The notes under the pieces are model-generated. The model saw only the letters and a list, made by a program, of their open reading frames with translations, ran no database searches and was not told the origin of the DNA. The position numbers and the translations under genes are program-made. From an uncultured Candidatus Saccharibacteria bacterium (GTDB taxonomy: Bacteria; Patescibacteriota; Minisyncoccia; UBA6257; UBA9933), in NCBI GenBank assembly GCA_964428615.1, contig CAYRXZ010000002.1:968-64967 (forward strand): 64,000 bases of DNA, in the 5' to 3' direction. This document shows, one piece after another, positions 48,900 to 57,502 of this stretch. Within the stretch, counting starts at the first letter, position 1, and each line of letters begins with the position of its first letter.

Positions 48900-49280
48900 A
48901 TGAATTTATCAAAATCAAAGTTTATAGCGGCAGTTATTGCGGTTTCGATTATTTTGCCGCTTGCGAGTGTTGTTTATGCTCAACCGCAAACAGGTCTTAC
49001 TTTGCCTGGGGCAAATACCAATATTACAACTGTCTCTGGCATGGTTGACATTCTTCGCGGAATTGTTAGGTGGGTTTATGTTATATTCTTTATAATCGCT
49101 GTGTTATTTATTATTTTCGCGGCGTTCACCTATTTAACTGCGGGCGGAGACCCGGAAAAAACAAACAAAGCAAAGAATCAACTGATTTATGCAGCTGTTG
49201 CTATCGCCGTAGCTTTATTAGCGGTTGGGTTTCAGTCTATCGTAAGTAATTTCTTAGCTGCTCCGACAGCAGGAGTGTAA
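48900..49280 (+). CDS. VirB2/TrbC-like pilin 4 (possible major subunit)
   Basis: signal peptide ending VYA; FFIIAVLFIIFAAFTYLTAGGDPEK..KAK.QL.YA; AAAGGTCG leader and downstream hairpin. Confidence 0.8.
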   Translation: MNLSKSKFIAAVIAVSIILPLASVVYAQPQTGLTLPGANTNITTVSGMVDILRGIVRWVYVIFFIIAVLFIIFAAFTYLTAGGDPEKTNKAKNQLIYAAVAIAVALLAVGFQSIVSNFLAAPTAGV

Positions 49281-49298
49281 TTAATTATTGAATTTAAA

Positions 49299-49333
49299 CA
49301 TACGAGTCCCGTTTATACGGCGGGGCTCGTATG
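49299..49333 (+). terminator. stem-loop after pilin 4 (terminator or stabiliser)
   Basis: CATACGAGTCCCGT...GCGGGGCTCGTATG; no clear T tract. Confidence 0.55.
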
Positions 49334-49357
49334 AAAATCGATTAGGATATTTTAATA

Positions 49358-49702
49358 ATGATAAAGTCTTTTCTAGAAAATATTTTTTTGAGTTTTAATA
49401 ATGTAGCGCATGGTGCTCCTGGTATAGGCGGTTTTCCTGGCGGTGGAACACTTCCAAATCCACTTGGAGAAGGCAGCACTTTTATTACAGTAATAAATAA
49501 TATTTTAAATTATTTAATATACATCAGCGCGCCGATTTTAGCGATAATGATTTTAGTCGGCGGTTTTCAGATTTTAACCGCTAAAGGCGAACCCGGAAAG
49601 ATAGTTTCTGGAAAACAGACGATAACATACGCCATTATAGGATTTCTTATAATTTTGGTTTCAAAAGGTGTGGCACTTATTCTTTTGAAAATAATGCAAT
49701 AA
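49358..49702 (+). CDS. VirB2/TrbC-like pilin 5
   Basis: LPNPLG, MI.VGGFQILTA.G.P.K...GK.TI.YA.IG. Confidence 0.78.
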   Translation: MIKSFLENIFLSFNNVAHGAPGIGGFPGGGTLPNPLGEGSTFITVINNILNYLIYISAPILAIMILVGGFQILTAKGEPGKIVSGKQTITYAIIGFLIILVSKGVALILLKIMQ

Positions 49703-49754
49703 AAAAAAATGACCCCGACAGCGAATGAATAAATAATTCACTGTCGGGGTTTTT
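49703..49754. terminator. bidirectional intrinsic terminator
   Basis: A tract-GACCCCGACAGCGAAT...ATTCACTGTCGGGGTT-T tract between convergent genes. Confidence 0.8.
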
Positions 49755-49757
49755 GTT

Positions 49758-50174
49758 TTATCGCACTCGTACGATTTCTACGAGTGTCGTCGTTTTTACG
49801 CCTTGTGCGTTTATTAGGCGTAATCTCCCGGCGGGTGCTTCGCCGGTCCAACTTTCCCATCCGGCGGGCATATCGTAGATGATACGCTTACCGTCGAGTT
49901 GGTTTGCTATTGCTCTGTATGGAGCATTCCCACGCAAGCGGTGCAGTGTACCTGGACCGCCATAGATAGTGAGTACTTCATTGCATTTGCCCTTTTCGTC
50001 GCAGGGCGGGAGACAGAATGTTTGGGGTTGGAGTTGTGCTACCCGCGTTTCAGTCGGCGGCTTACTCTTGTCATCTTTTGTCACTATTACTATTGTTATC
50101 GCAATAATAACAACCGAAACAATTAGCAACGCCGCGCTTTTACCGCTAAGTATTTTTACTTTATTAACTGCCAT
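49758..50174 (-). CDS. hypothetical single-TM protein
   Basis: N-terminal TM, Cys-containing domain; AAGGAG SD; overlaps the SPFH stop. Confidence 0.7.
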   Translation of the reverse strand: MAVNKVKILSGKSAALLIVSVVIIAITIVIVTKDDKSKPPTETRVAQLQPQTFCLPPCDEKGKCNEVLTIYGGPGTLHRLRGNAPYRAIANQLDGKRIIYDMPAGWESWTGEAPAGRLRLINAQGVKTTTLVEIVRVR

Positions 50175-51243
50175 TTTTTCTCTCCTTCCAATTTTTTAAC
50201 AGATTAGACAGCAGATCTAAACCCTCAAGAGAAATTATTTTTCTGTCAATCGTGGCCTTGCCGGTCATTGCCGTTTCCGCTAAATTAACCGCCAGTTGCT
50301 CAGGGAGTTTCATATTCACATACTCGTTAATCATCTTTACTTTTTGCTCTTGTCTTTTTTGCGCTGCTTCCATTTCAGCCCCAGCTTGCCTCACGCTTTC
50401 CAGCGCTTTTTTGGTTGCTTCTGAAAAATCGACATCTGCAAGTCTGAAGATAGCGATATCAATCCCATAGAGTTTCTCTATGGATGAGAGTTTTTCTTTC
50501 AATTCCGCCTCCTGCTCAAGGAGAAAAGAAGCTCTTGTGATGTTTTGTTCATAAAAAGACAGTTCATCAAGAACAATTTCTTTTTCTCCTTTCTCTTCTT
50601 TTAACACTATCGGCAACTGCCATCTCGACTTTTCTATTTTTTCCGCTATCTCATTATATTCTTCGCCTTTAACCGATTTTTCTATGTCTACCAAATACTC
50701 TTTCAGGCACTCTTCATCCATTTCATATTTTTCTACTTTTCCCTTGTTATCCCTTACTGGATTTACCCAATGATGAGGAGGTTTTTCCAGTCTTAAAACA
50801 CAGTTAATGAAAATTTCCAATGCTCTTCTTGACCGAATAAAGTTATCGCCTTCTTTAATACCGGCGATTTTCCCCAATTCGCTCTTCACAGCATCGGCCA
50901 TTCCATCAACAATTGTTTTTTCCTGCATCTCGATAAAAACATCAAGATTATCGGGCCGCCACTGAATCGAGCCGGCCGTCTTAATTTCAAGCCGATCCAT
51001 AGAAAAAACATCGAAAGAAAGTGATTTTGTTTGTAATTCTCTAGAAAAAAGCACTACTTTGTCTATGAAAGGCGCAATCGTATTTAGCCCTTCCCTGAGA
51101 ATCCTCACCTTTCCATTTCTTTTAATCCGCTCCTTAAATCGCGTTACTATCCCGAAATATACTGTCGGGATAATAACAATAGCATTAAGCGCTATCACAA
51201 CGGCTATTACAATCAATCCTATCAAGATTATCCATCCCATCAC
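50164..51243 (-). CDS. SPFH/band 7 domain membrane protein
   Basis: N-terminal TM, IP....GIVTRF, EGLN...PFID.V, YGIDI..FRL.DV, coiled-coil tail; AAGGAGG SD. Confidence 0.75.
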   Translation of the reverse strand: MMGWIILIGLIVIAVVIALNAIVIIPTVYFGIVTRFKERIKRNGKVRILREGLNTIAPFIDKVVLFSRELQTKSLSFDVFSMDRLEIKTAGSIQWRPDNLDVFIEMQEKTIVDGMADAVKSELGKIAGIKEGDNFIRSRRALEIFINCVLRLEKPPHHWVNPVRDNKGKVEKYEMDEECLKEYLVDIEKSVKGEEYNEIAEKIEKSRWQLPIVLKEEKGEKEIVLDELSFYEQNITRASFLLEQEAELKEKLSSIEKLYGIDIAIFRLADVDFSEATKKALESVRQAGAEMEAAQKRQEQKVKMINEYVNMKLPEQLAVNLAETAMTGKATIDRKIISLEGLDLLSNLLKNWKERKNGS

Positions 51244-51348
51244 TCTTCCTCCTTCCGGCCAATGGCCTTTCTATATTTTTATTTGCCTTTCTTATATACT
51301 TTTTAAAGTCCGCAAGAGCGGGCTTTTCCCACGCTTGTAATGCTATAA

Positions 51349-51377
51349 AATATAGCATAAAATAATAAAAAAGTCAA
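51349..51377 (-). promoter_or_regulatory. sigma70 promoter of the SPFH operon
   Basis: TTGACT-17 nt-TATATT with extended -10 TG on the minus strand. Confidence 0.65.
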
Positions 51378-51435
51378 TCCACACACTTAATTTAACGATA
51401 ATTAAGTACGGAGTATGGATTTTCGCTCCCGTTAA

Positions 51436-51900
51436 CATATTGGCAGAAAGGCGAGAGGCGCGGAAAAAGAAAAAAAGTATTTTCAGGTTCAATTTGGAGA
51501 TAAAAATTTTTATGAGTTTTTATTGTCTATAAGATTAACTCATGCGAAATCAAAGACAGTTAAAGATCTAGATATCCCAAACAATTATTTTGCAGATTTT
51601 TTAAGGGGCTGCATTGACGGAGATGGTTCTATTGGCGCGTTTAAGCATCCCGAAAGTAAACATCCTCAATTGCGAATAAGATTATATTCCGCAAGCGTAC
51701 CATTTTTACAATGGATTAAGAAAGAAGTTTTGTATAATACAAAAATAAAAACCGGCTGGATTGAAGAAAAAGAAGGTATTAATGTATTAGCTTATGCAAA
51801 AGAGGACTCTATTAAATTATTAAATTTTGTTTATTATAAAAACGTTGAATATTATTTAAAACGTAAATATAATATTGCGAAAGCATTTTTGCGGGTATAG
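51436..51900 (+). pseudogene. 5'-truncated LAGLIDADG homing endonuclease-like gene
   Basis: DFLRGCIDGDGS motif; frame open from 51436 (HIGRKARGAEKEKKYFQVQFGDKNFY) back to a TAA with no ATG; stop lies inside tRNA-Leu. Confidence 0.7.
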
Positions 51901-51972
51901 CCAAATTGGTAAAGGCGCATGGCTTAGAACCATGTGAGGAAACTCTTGGAGGTTCGAGTCCTCCTACCCGCA
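51891..51972 (+). tRNA. tRNA-Leu(TAG)
   Basis: GCGGGTA/TACCCGC acceptor, CATGG-CTTAGAA-CCATG anticodon arm, long variable arm, GGTTCGAGTCC. Confidence 0.96.
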
Positions 51973-51976
51973 CAAT

Positions 51977-52867
51977 CTATTTTCTTCTTCTGCCGTGGAA
52001 AGTCTGATGGATTTCGCGGAGTTCTTTGTTTGTTAAATGAGTATAGATTTGAGTTGTGGAGACATTGGCATGGCCTAATAATTCTTGCACCGAACGCAAA
52101 TCCGCTCCGCCGATGAGTAAATCGGTGGCGAAAAGATGGCGAATAGTATGCGGATGTACTTTCTGCGGGATGCCGGCCTTTCTGGAATAAAAATCAACAA
52201 TTCTTTGAATGGTGCGGGGGAGTATTCTTCCGATTATTTTTGGGTTATCCGCTTTTGTTAAACTTATAAACAAAGCTTCTTCGGCATCGCCGCGTTTTTC
52301 CAAATAATTTTTAATTGCAGTTTTTGCGCGTTCGGAAAGAAAAACTATTCTTAGTTTTCCGCCTTTGCCGCGAATACTAATTTCTCCACGTTTTAAATCC
52401 AAATGTCGATTAAGCGCGCAAAGTTCGGAAATACGGAGACCGGTTGAAAACAGCATTTCTAAAATAGCTTTATCACGGAGAGAACGCAAGTCAGAACCTT
52501 TAGGCGCGGCAAGCAGTCTTTCTAGGTCGGCATATTCAATGATTTCAATCTGTCGGGTGGGAATTTTGGGCAGCTCTATTTTGTCCGGAGACATCACTTC
52601 AATATCGCGTTTGTTTATGTATTTCAGAAAATTTCTAATGGCAATGACATAATAACTTTGGGTAATTTTTTTTATATTTCTTCTTGCTAGAAAAAGCCGG
52701 AATTCGCGAATAATATCCGGTGTAATACTTTTTTCGGTTTTTATTTTCCCGAATCCCAAAAATGCTTTTAAATAGCGATCGTAATTTTCACGAGTTTTAA
52801 TTGAGCGGTTTTTTTCTATTTCCAGATAATTTAGGTAGTCATTAAGAAGCTTTTTTATATCTGCCAT
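51977..52867 (-). CDS. XerC/XerD family tyrosine recombinase
   Basis: RDKAILE.LFSTGLRISEL, GKGGK.R, HPHTIRH.FAT, LLGH....TTQIYTH; start MADIKK at 52867 preferred. Confidence 0.93.
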   Translation of the reverse strand: MADIKKLLNDYLNYLEIEKNRSIKTRENYDRYLKAFLGFGKIKTEKSITPDIIREFRLFLARRNIKKITQSYYVIAIRNFLKYINKRDIEVMSPDKIELPKIPTRQIEIIEYADLERLLAAPKGSDLRSLRDKAILEMLFSTGLRISELCALNRHLDLKRGEISIRGKGGKLRIVFLSERAKTAIKNYLEKRGDAEEALFISLTKADNPKIIGRILPRTIQRIVDFYSRKAGIPQKVHPHTIRHLFATDLLIGGADLRSVQELLGHANVSTTQIYTHLTNKELREIHQTFHGRRRK

Positions 52868-52918
52868 ATTATTGTTGATTTTACCATTTTTAGTGGTATA
52901 ATTAAATGAAAGCTGAAA

Positions 52919-53278
52919 ATGTTTATTGTTCAACTTATTTTTTATTTCCTCTCCAATATACTCGCCTTGTTGGTAGCGACATATTTTATAGAGGGGTTTA
53001 TTCTTGAGCCGGGCCTGAATAGCTTGGTTTTAACAGCGGTTGCTTTAACCCTTATAAACACACTTATAAGGCCGATTATCAAGCTTATTCTTACACCGAT
53101 AATCCTTTTTACTTTTGGGTTGGGGGTTATAATAGTAAATACCTTGATGCTCTATTTACTTGACAAACTTTTGCCAAACATTACTATAACAGGTGTATTG
53201 CCGCTTTTTTACGCAACACTGATTATTAGTGTGGTCAATCTTGTGGTTAATTTTTCAGCAAGAAAAATAACAAGTTAA
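52919..53278 (+). CDS. phage holin family (4 TM, DUF360-like) membrane protein
   Basis: N.LIRPI.KLI..PI...TFGL...IVN. Confidence 0.8.
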   Translation: MFIVQLIFYFLSNILALLVATYFIEGFILEPGLNSLVLTAVALTLINTLIRPIIKLILTPIILFTFGLGVIIVNTLMLYLLDKLLPNITITGVLPLFYATLIISVVNLVVNFSARKITS

Positions 53279-53294
53279 AATTAAATTTAAATTT

Positions 53295-53507
53295 ATGTAT
53301 CTCGGGATAGCTCAAATAATAGTTTCAATAGTTTTAATTGTCTTAATTCTTCTTCAGGAACGCTCTTCGGGGCTTTCTGGGGTTTTTGGCGGAGGCGGAG
53401 GAGAATTTTATTCTCAAAGGCGTGGTATGGAGCGCATGATTTTTATCGCTACCATTGTTTTAGCCGTGGCTTTCGTTCTTTTATCAGCTTTGAATTTGGT
53501 TGTATGA
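53295..53507 (+). CDS. secG: preprotein translocase subunit SecG
   Basis: LI.LILLQ...GLSGVFGG, RRG.E; two TM helices. Confidence 0.9.
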   Translation: MYLGIAQIIVSIVLIVLILLQERSSGLSGVFGGGGGEFYSQRRGMERMIFIATIVLAVAFVLLSALNLVV

Positions 53508-55162
53508 ATTTTTTAATAAAGATTTTTAAAAGTTTCTCAAAAAAAGAGAAACTGCTGTTCGCGGTTTCTTTTTTGGCGTTTCTATCATCTTCAATTTTTT
53601 GGACCGCAGACTTTTTTTCTCAAAGAACGGTTTTAGCGGCAGTTTCTGGCGGTGAATACATCGAGGGTATTATGGGCCAGCCTAGTTTTATCAACCCGGT
53701 TTTATCTGTTCAAGGAGGAGTAGATAGTGATATTAATGAGTTAATTTTCAGTAAAATTATTGATATGTCGGATAGCGTTAAAATGAATAATAATGGAAAA
53801 GCCTGGGATATACGCTTAAAGGCAGATATTTTTTGGGATGATAAACAGCCAATAACAAGTAAGGATATTGATTTTACAATTAAAAAAATTCAAAACAGTG
53901 ATACTCAGTCGCCGCTTGAGCCGATGTGGCGCGGAGTTCAAACAGAGATAGTAAGTAAATTAGAAATAAAAGTAATACTTTCCGAACAGTATTTCTTCTT
54001 TGATGAAACATTGAAAAATTTAATGATAATCCCAGAGCATCTTTTTGCTGAAACTCCGGCGGCTAATATCAAGATTTCCGATTATAATCTTGAACCGACA
54101 GGCAACGGACTTTTTAGGTTTAAGTCTTTTAAAAAAGAAAAGTCGGGATTTATTTCAGAGTATAGATTTACCAGAAATGAAGCTTATTTCGGCAAAAAAC
54201 CTTATATTGAAAGTGTAGTTTTTAAATTTTATAAAAATGAGGATGAGTTGATAAAAGCTTTTAATTTAGGAGAAATTAATGGCTTTGGCGGAGTAAGCGC
54301 GAAAAATCTTAATAATATAAACATAAACAGTAAAGTTTTTAATTTGATGATGCCAAGATATTACGCTTTATTTTTCAACTCTTACGCGCAAAAGAATTTA
54401 GCAGGGAAGAATGTAAGAATGGCTTTGAATTATGCCACTGATAAGAAAAGAATAGTAGATGAAATTTTTAATGGCAATGCAATTGTTGTCGACGGGCCGA
54501 TAATTTTAGGGATGAATGGTTATAAACCGGAAACTTTTTCAGAAAACGTTTTTTCATTGGAAAAGGCGGCAAGTGTTTTAGATGTTGACGGTTGGCGAAT
54601 TGATGAAGATGGGATTCGCGCAAAAACAGTTAAAAAAGAAATATTACGCTTAGAATTTAATTTGATTTGTCCGAAAGTTCAATACATGGAAGACTCCGCT
54701 AATATAATTACTTCTGATTGGGCAAAAATAGGAATTAAGCTTAATATTTTGATTAAATCCCCCGAAGAAATAGATGAAATAATCAAAACTAGAAATTATG
54801 AAATGATAATTTTTGGCAATAGTTTTGTAAGTTACAATAACCCCGATTTGTCATCGTTCTGGTATTCATCGCAAAAGTTTTATCCAGGGTTTAATTTATC
54901 GCTTTACGAAAATAAATCAGTTGATAATTTAATTAAAATTTCAAGAGAAACAACAAGTGATTCAAGGCGCCAGTCTGCTCTTTCAAGTTTGCAATCTATT
55001 ATTGTCGGCGATCAACCGGCGATATTTCTTTTTTCGCCAGATTATATTTACATTAACAAGTTGCAATTGGGAGGTTTTGAGGAAACAAAAATAAATTCTG
55101 CAAGCGACCGTTTTCGAAATATTGAAAATTGGTATATTAAAACTGCAAGAGTATTTAAATAA
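53504..55162 (+). CDS. ABC transporter substrate-binding protein, family 5 (peptide type)
   Basis: GG.Y.EGI.GQP..INPV, W.D..PIT..D..FT, P.GNG.F, VR.ALNYA.DK. Confidence 0.88.
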   Translation: MNFLIKIFKSFSKKEKLLFAVSFLAFLSSSIFWTADFFSQRTVLAAVSGGEYIEGIMGQPSFINPVLSVQGGVDSDINELIFSKIIDMSDSVKMNNNGKAWDIRLKADIFWDDKQPITSKDIDFTIKKIQNSDTQSPLEPMWRGVQTEIVSKLEIKVILSEQYFFFDETLKNLMIIPEHLFAETPAANIKISDYNLEPTGNGLFRFKSFKKEKSGFISEYRFTRNEAYFGKKPYIESVVFKFYKNEDELIKAFNLGEINGFGGVSAKNLNNININSKVFNLMMPRYYALFFNSYAQKNLAGKNVRMALNYATDKKRIVDEIFNGNAIVVDGPIILGMNGYKPETFSENVFSLEKAASVLDVDGWRIDEDGIRAKTVKKEILRLEFNLICPKVQYMEDSANIITSDWAKIGIKLNILIKSPEEIDEIIKTRNYEMIIFGNSFVSYNNPDLSSFWYSSQKFYPGFNLSLYENKSVDNLIKISRETTSDSRRQSALSSLQSIIVGDQPAIFLFSPDYIYINKLQLGGFEETKINSASDRFRNIENWYIKTARVFK

Positions 55163-55189
55163 AATTATTTATGGGGTTGACTTTTTCTT

Positions 55190-55525
55190 ATGGATATTGA
55201 ACAATATAAACAACTTGCCAAGCTTATAAAGGATAATGAGGTTTATAAAGTTTACGATCTTCCCGAGCTTAAGGACCTGGAAATTTCTTTAACCGAACTT
55301 AACCCCCACGAGTCAACGATTGGGCATTCTCATGCCGAAGCCGATGAGGTTTATCTTTTTATTAAGGGACAAGGGATTATGGAAAATGGTTCGCAAAATA
55401 TCGATGTAAAAACCGGCGATGTTGTTCCTGTTAAAGGAGGTGATTTTCATAGGGTTCATAATAAAAGTGAAGAAATCTTGAGTTTTTGGGCAATTTTTGA
55501 AAAATACGGAGGACGAGGAAAATAA
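55190..55525 (+). CDS. cupin domain protein
   Basis: H.H...DEVY.F..G.G and GD.......FHRV.N cupin motifs. Confidence 0.85.
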   Translation: MDIEQYKQLAKLIKDNEVYKVYDLPELKDLEISLTELNPHESTIGHSHAEADEVYLFIKGQGIMENGSQNIDVKTGDVVPVKGGDFHRVHNKSEEILSFWAIFEKYGGRGK

Positions 55526-55569
55526 TTTTTAATTTCTAATTATTAATTTTTAACTGAACTATGACTTAG

Positions 55570-55652
55570 GGGCGAGTGGTGAAATGGCAAACACGTAGGC
55601 TTCAGGAGTCTATGATCGTAAGATCTTGAGGGTTCAAGTCCCTCCTCGCCCA
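55570..55652 (+). tRNA. tRNA-Leu(CAG)
   Basis: GGGCGAG/CTCGCCC acceptor, TAGGC-TTCAGGA-GTCTA anticodon arm, variable arm, GGTTCAAGTCC. Confidence 0.96.
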
Positions 55653-55703
55653 CTTTTGTAATGTGTATTAATAAATAAAATTAAATAAAAAATAAATAAA
55701 AAA

Positions 55704-57473
55704 ATGGTAAGACAATCGGTTAGACAATTAGCCAGGCAAAAATCAACAACAACACGGAGAAAAATTTATGCTCCGAGAAAAGAAAAGGAAATAGAATTAT
55801 CCAAAGGAGAAGCGGTGATGCGTTTTGCTACCTTGGGCGGTCTTGAGGAAGTCGGTCGCAATATGATGTTTTTTGAGTATGAAGACGAGATTATTATTTT
55901 GGATGCCGGCTTGCAGTTTCCTGAAGAAGCGACGCCGGGAATAGACTATATTATTCCTAATGTTTCTTATCTCGAGGAAAGGAAAAACAAGGTTAAAGCA
56001 TTAATAATTACTCATGGTCATTATGACCATATAGGCGCTATTCCGCACATAATGGATAAAATTGGCAATCCGCCGCTTTTTACGGCTGCGATGACAAAAG
56101 AAATTATTCTTAGAAGACAGGAAGATTATTCGAAAGCGCCGAAAATCAATTTTGAAGTAGTTAAAGCAGGGGATATCCGTCAACTTTCGAAAAATTTTAA
56201 AGCGGAATTTTTCGGCGTTACCCATAACATTCCCGATGGCGTCGGGGTAATTTTAGAAACACCTATCGGTAAAATGGTCCATGGTGGAGAATTTAAATTT
56301 GATTATGACGCCGATGGTAAGCCGAAAAATTTAGATGCGTGGGAAAAAATCGGTAAGCAAAAAATTCATACTTTGTTTTTAGAATCAACAGGAGCGGAAG
56401 AGCCGGGCTATTCCATTTCTGAAAGAGTAGTTGAACAAGAAATAGAAAAGCTTTTCAAAAAAGCCGGCGGTAGAATCATTGTCGGAACATTTGCTTCGCT
56501 TTTAGATAGAATAGCGGAGATAATTAAAATCGCCGAAAAAATGAACAAAAAAGTGGCTATAAGCGGCCTTTCAATGAAAATAAACATTCAGATAGCCAGA
56601 AATCTTAATTTTATGAAAATAAAAAAAGATACAATCATCCCATTGGAAGAAATTCATAAACATCGCGATGATAAGCTTGTTCTTCTTTGTACTGGCGCTC
56701 AAGGTGAGCCAAATGCTAGTTTAATGAAAATTGCCAATGGCGAACATCGCTATATTCGTATCAAAGAAGGAGATAGTATTATTCTCTCTTCTTCGATAGT
56801 TCCGGGGAATGAAAGAAGCGTTCAGATTTTAAAAGATGATTTTTCTCGGCAAGGCGCTTTGGTTTATCATTATAAAATGATAGATATTCACTCCAGTGGC
56901 CATGCGCCACAAGAAGAATTAAAAGCTGTTGTAAGAATGGTTAAACCTAAATACGTCGTTCCAATTCACGGTTACTATTTTATGCGTTGGCAAAATGCTC
57001 AGAATGCGCAAGAAGCTATTGGGTTGAAGCCCAAAGAAACAATTTTAATTGATAACGGCCAAATAGTTTTATTTACAAAAGACTCAGCAAGAATAACTTC
57101 TGAAAATATTCCGGCGTTTTATGTTATGGTTGATGGTTTGGGAGTGGGCGATGTGGGAGAAATTGTTTTAAGAGATAGAAGGGTTTTAGCGGAAGAAGGA
57201 ATGGTGGTGGTAATCGCTACTCTTGACCGTAGGACCGGCCAATTCCTTAAAAATCCCGACATTATTTCACGCGGGTTCATTCATTTGCGCGAGAGCAAAG
57301 ATTTTGTGGAAGACCTAAGAAAATATATCAGAGCTTTAGTTGCTAGAATTCCCCGGCATCAGCAAATAGACACGGATTATTTAAAATCTTTAATTAGAGA
57401 CCAAATCGGACAATTTTTGTATAATAAGACCAAGAGAAGGCCGATGATTTTGCCGGTAGTAATAATAGTATAA
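55704..57473 (+). CDS. rnj: ribonuclease J
   Basis: LGGLEEVGRNM, THGHYDHIG, TGAQGEP, IHSSGHA, PIHG, RRPMILP. Confidence 0.96.
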   Translation: MVRQSVRQLARQKSTTTRRKIYAPRKEKEIELSKGEAVMRFATLGGLEEVGRNMMFFEYEDEIIILDAGLQFPEEATPGIDYIIPNVSYLEERKNKVKALIITHGHYDHIGAIPHIMDKIGNPPLFTAAMTKEIILRRQEDYSKAPKINFEVVKAGDIRQLSKNFKAEFFGVTHNIPDGVGVILETPIGKMVHGGEFKFDYDADGKPKNLDAWEKIGKQKIHTLFLESTGAEEPGYSISERVVEQEIEKLFKKAGGRIIVGTFASLLDRIAEIIKIAEKMNKKVAISGLSMKINIQIARNLNFMKIKKDTIIPLEEIHKHRDDKLVLLCTGAQGEPNASLMKIANGEHRYIRIKEGDSIILSSSIVPGNERSVQILKDDFSRQGALVYHYKMIDIHSSGHAPQEELKAVVRMVKPKYVVPIHGYYFMRWQNAQNAQEAIGLKPKETILIDNGQIVLFTKDSARITSENIPAFYVMVDGLGVGDVGEIVLRDRRVLAEEGMVVVIATLDRRTGQFLKNPDIISRGFIHLRESKDFVEDLRKYIRALVARIPRHQQIDTDYLKSLIRDQIGQFLYNKTKRRPMILPVVIIV

Positions 57474-57502
57474 AATATTAAGTATTTTGTATTAGATATT
57501 TT

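Noticed and set aside
51244-51345. Possible riboswitch in the SPFH leader (GGGAAAAGCCC and CCGC-TCTT-GCGG hairpins)
   Set aside because: Hairpins are short and match no aptamer consensus I recognise
51385-51407. Inverted repeat near the xer gene as the dif site
   Set aside because: Does not match the dif XerD arm (TTATGTTAAAT) and lies only about 42 kb from the likely origin
51891-53278. Tyrosine recombinase next to tRNA-Leu plus a 'phage holin' gene as a prophage or integrative element
   Set aside because: Protein looks like a chromosomal XerC/D, neighbours are secG and core genes, no duplicated tRNA 3' end and no phage structural genes seen
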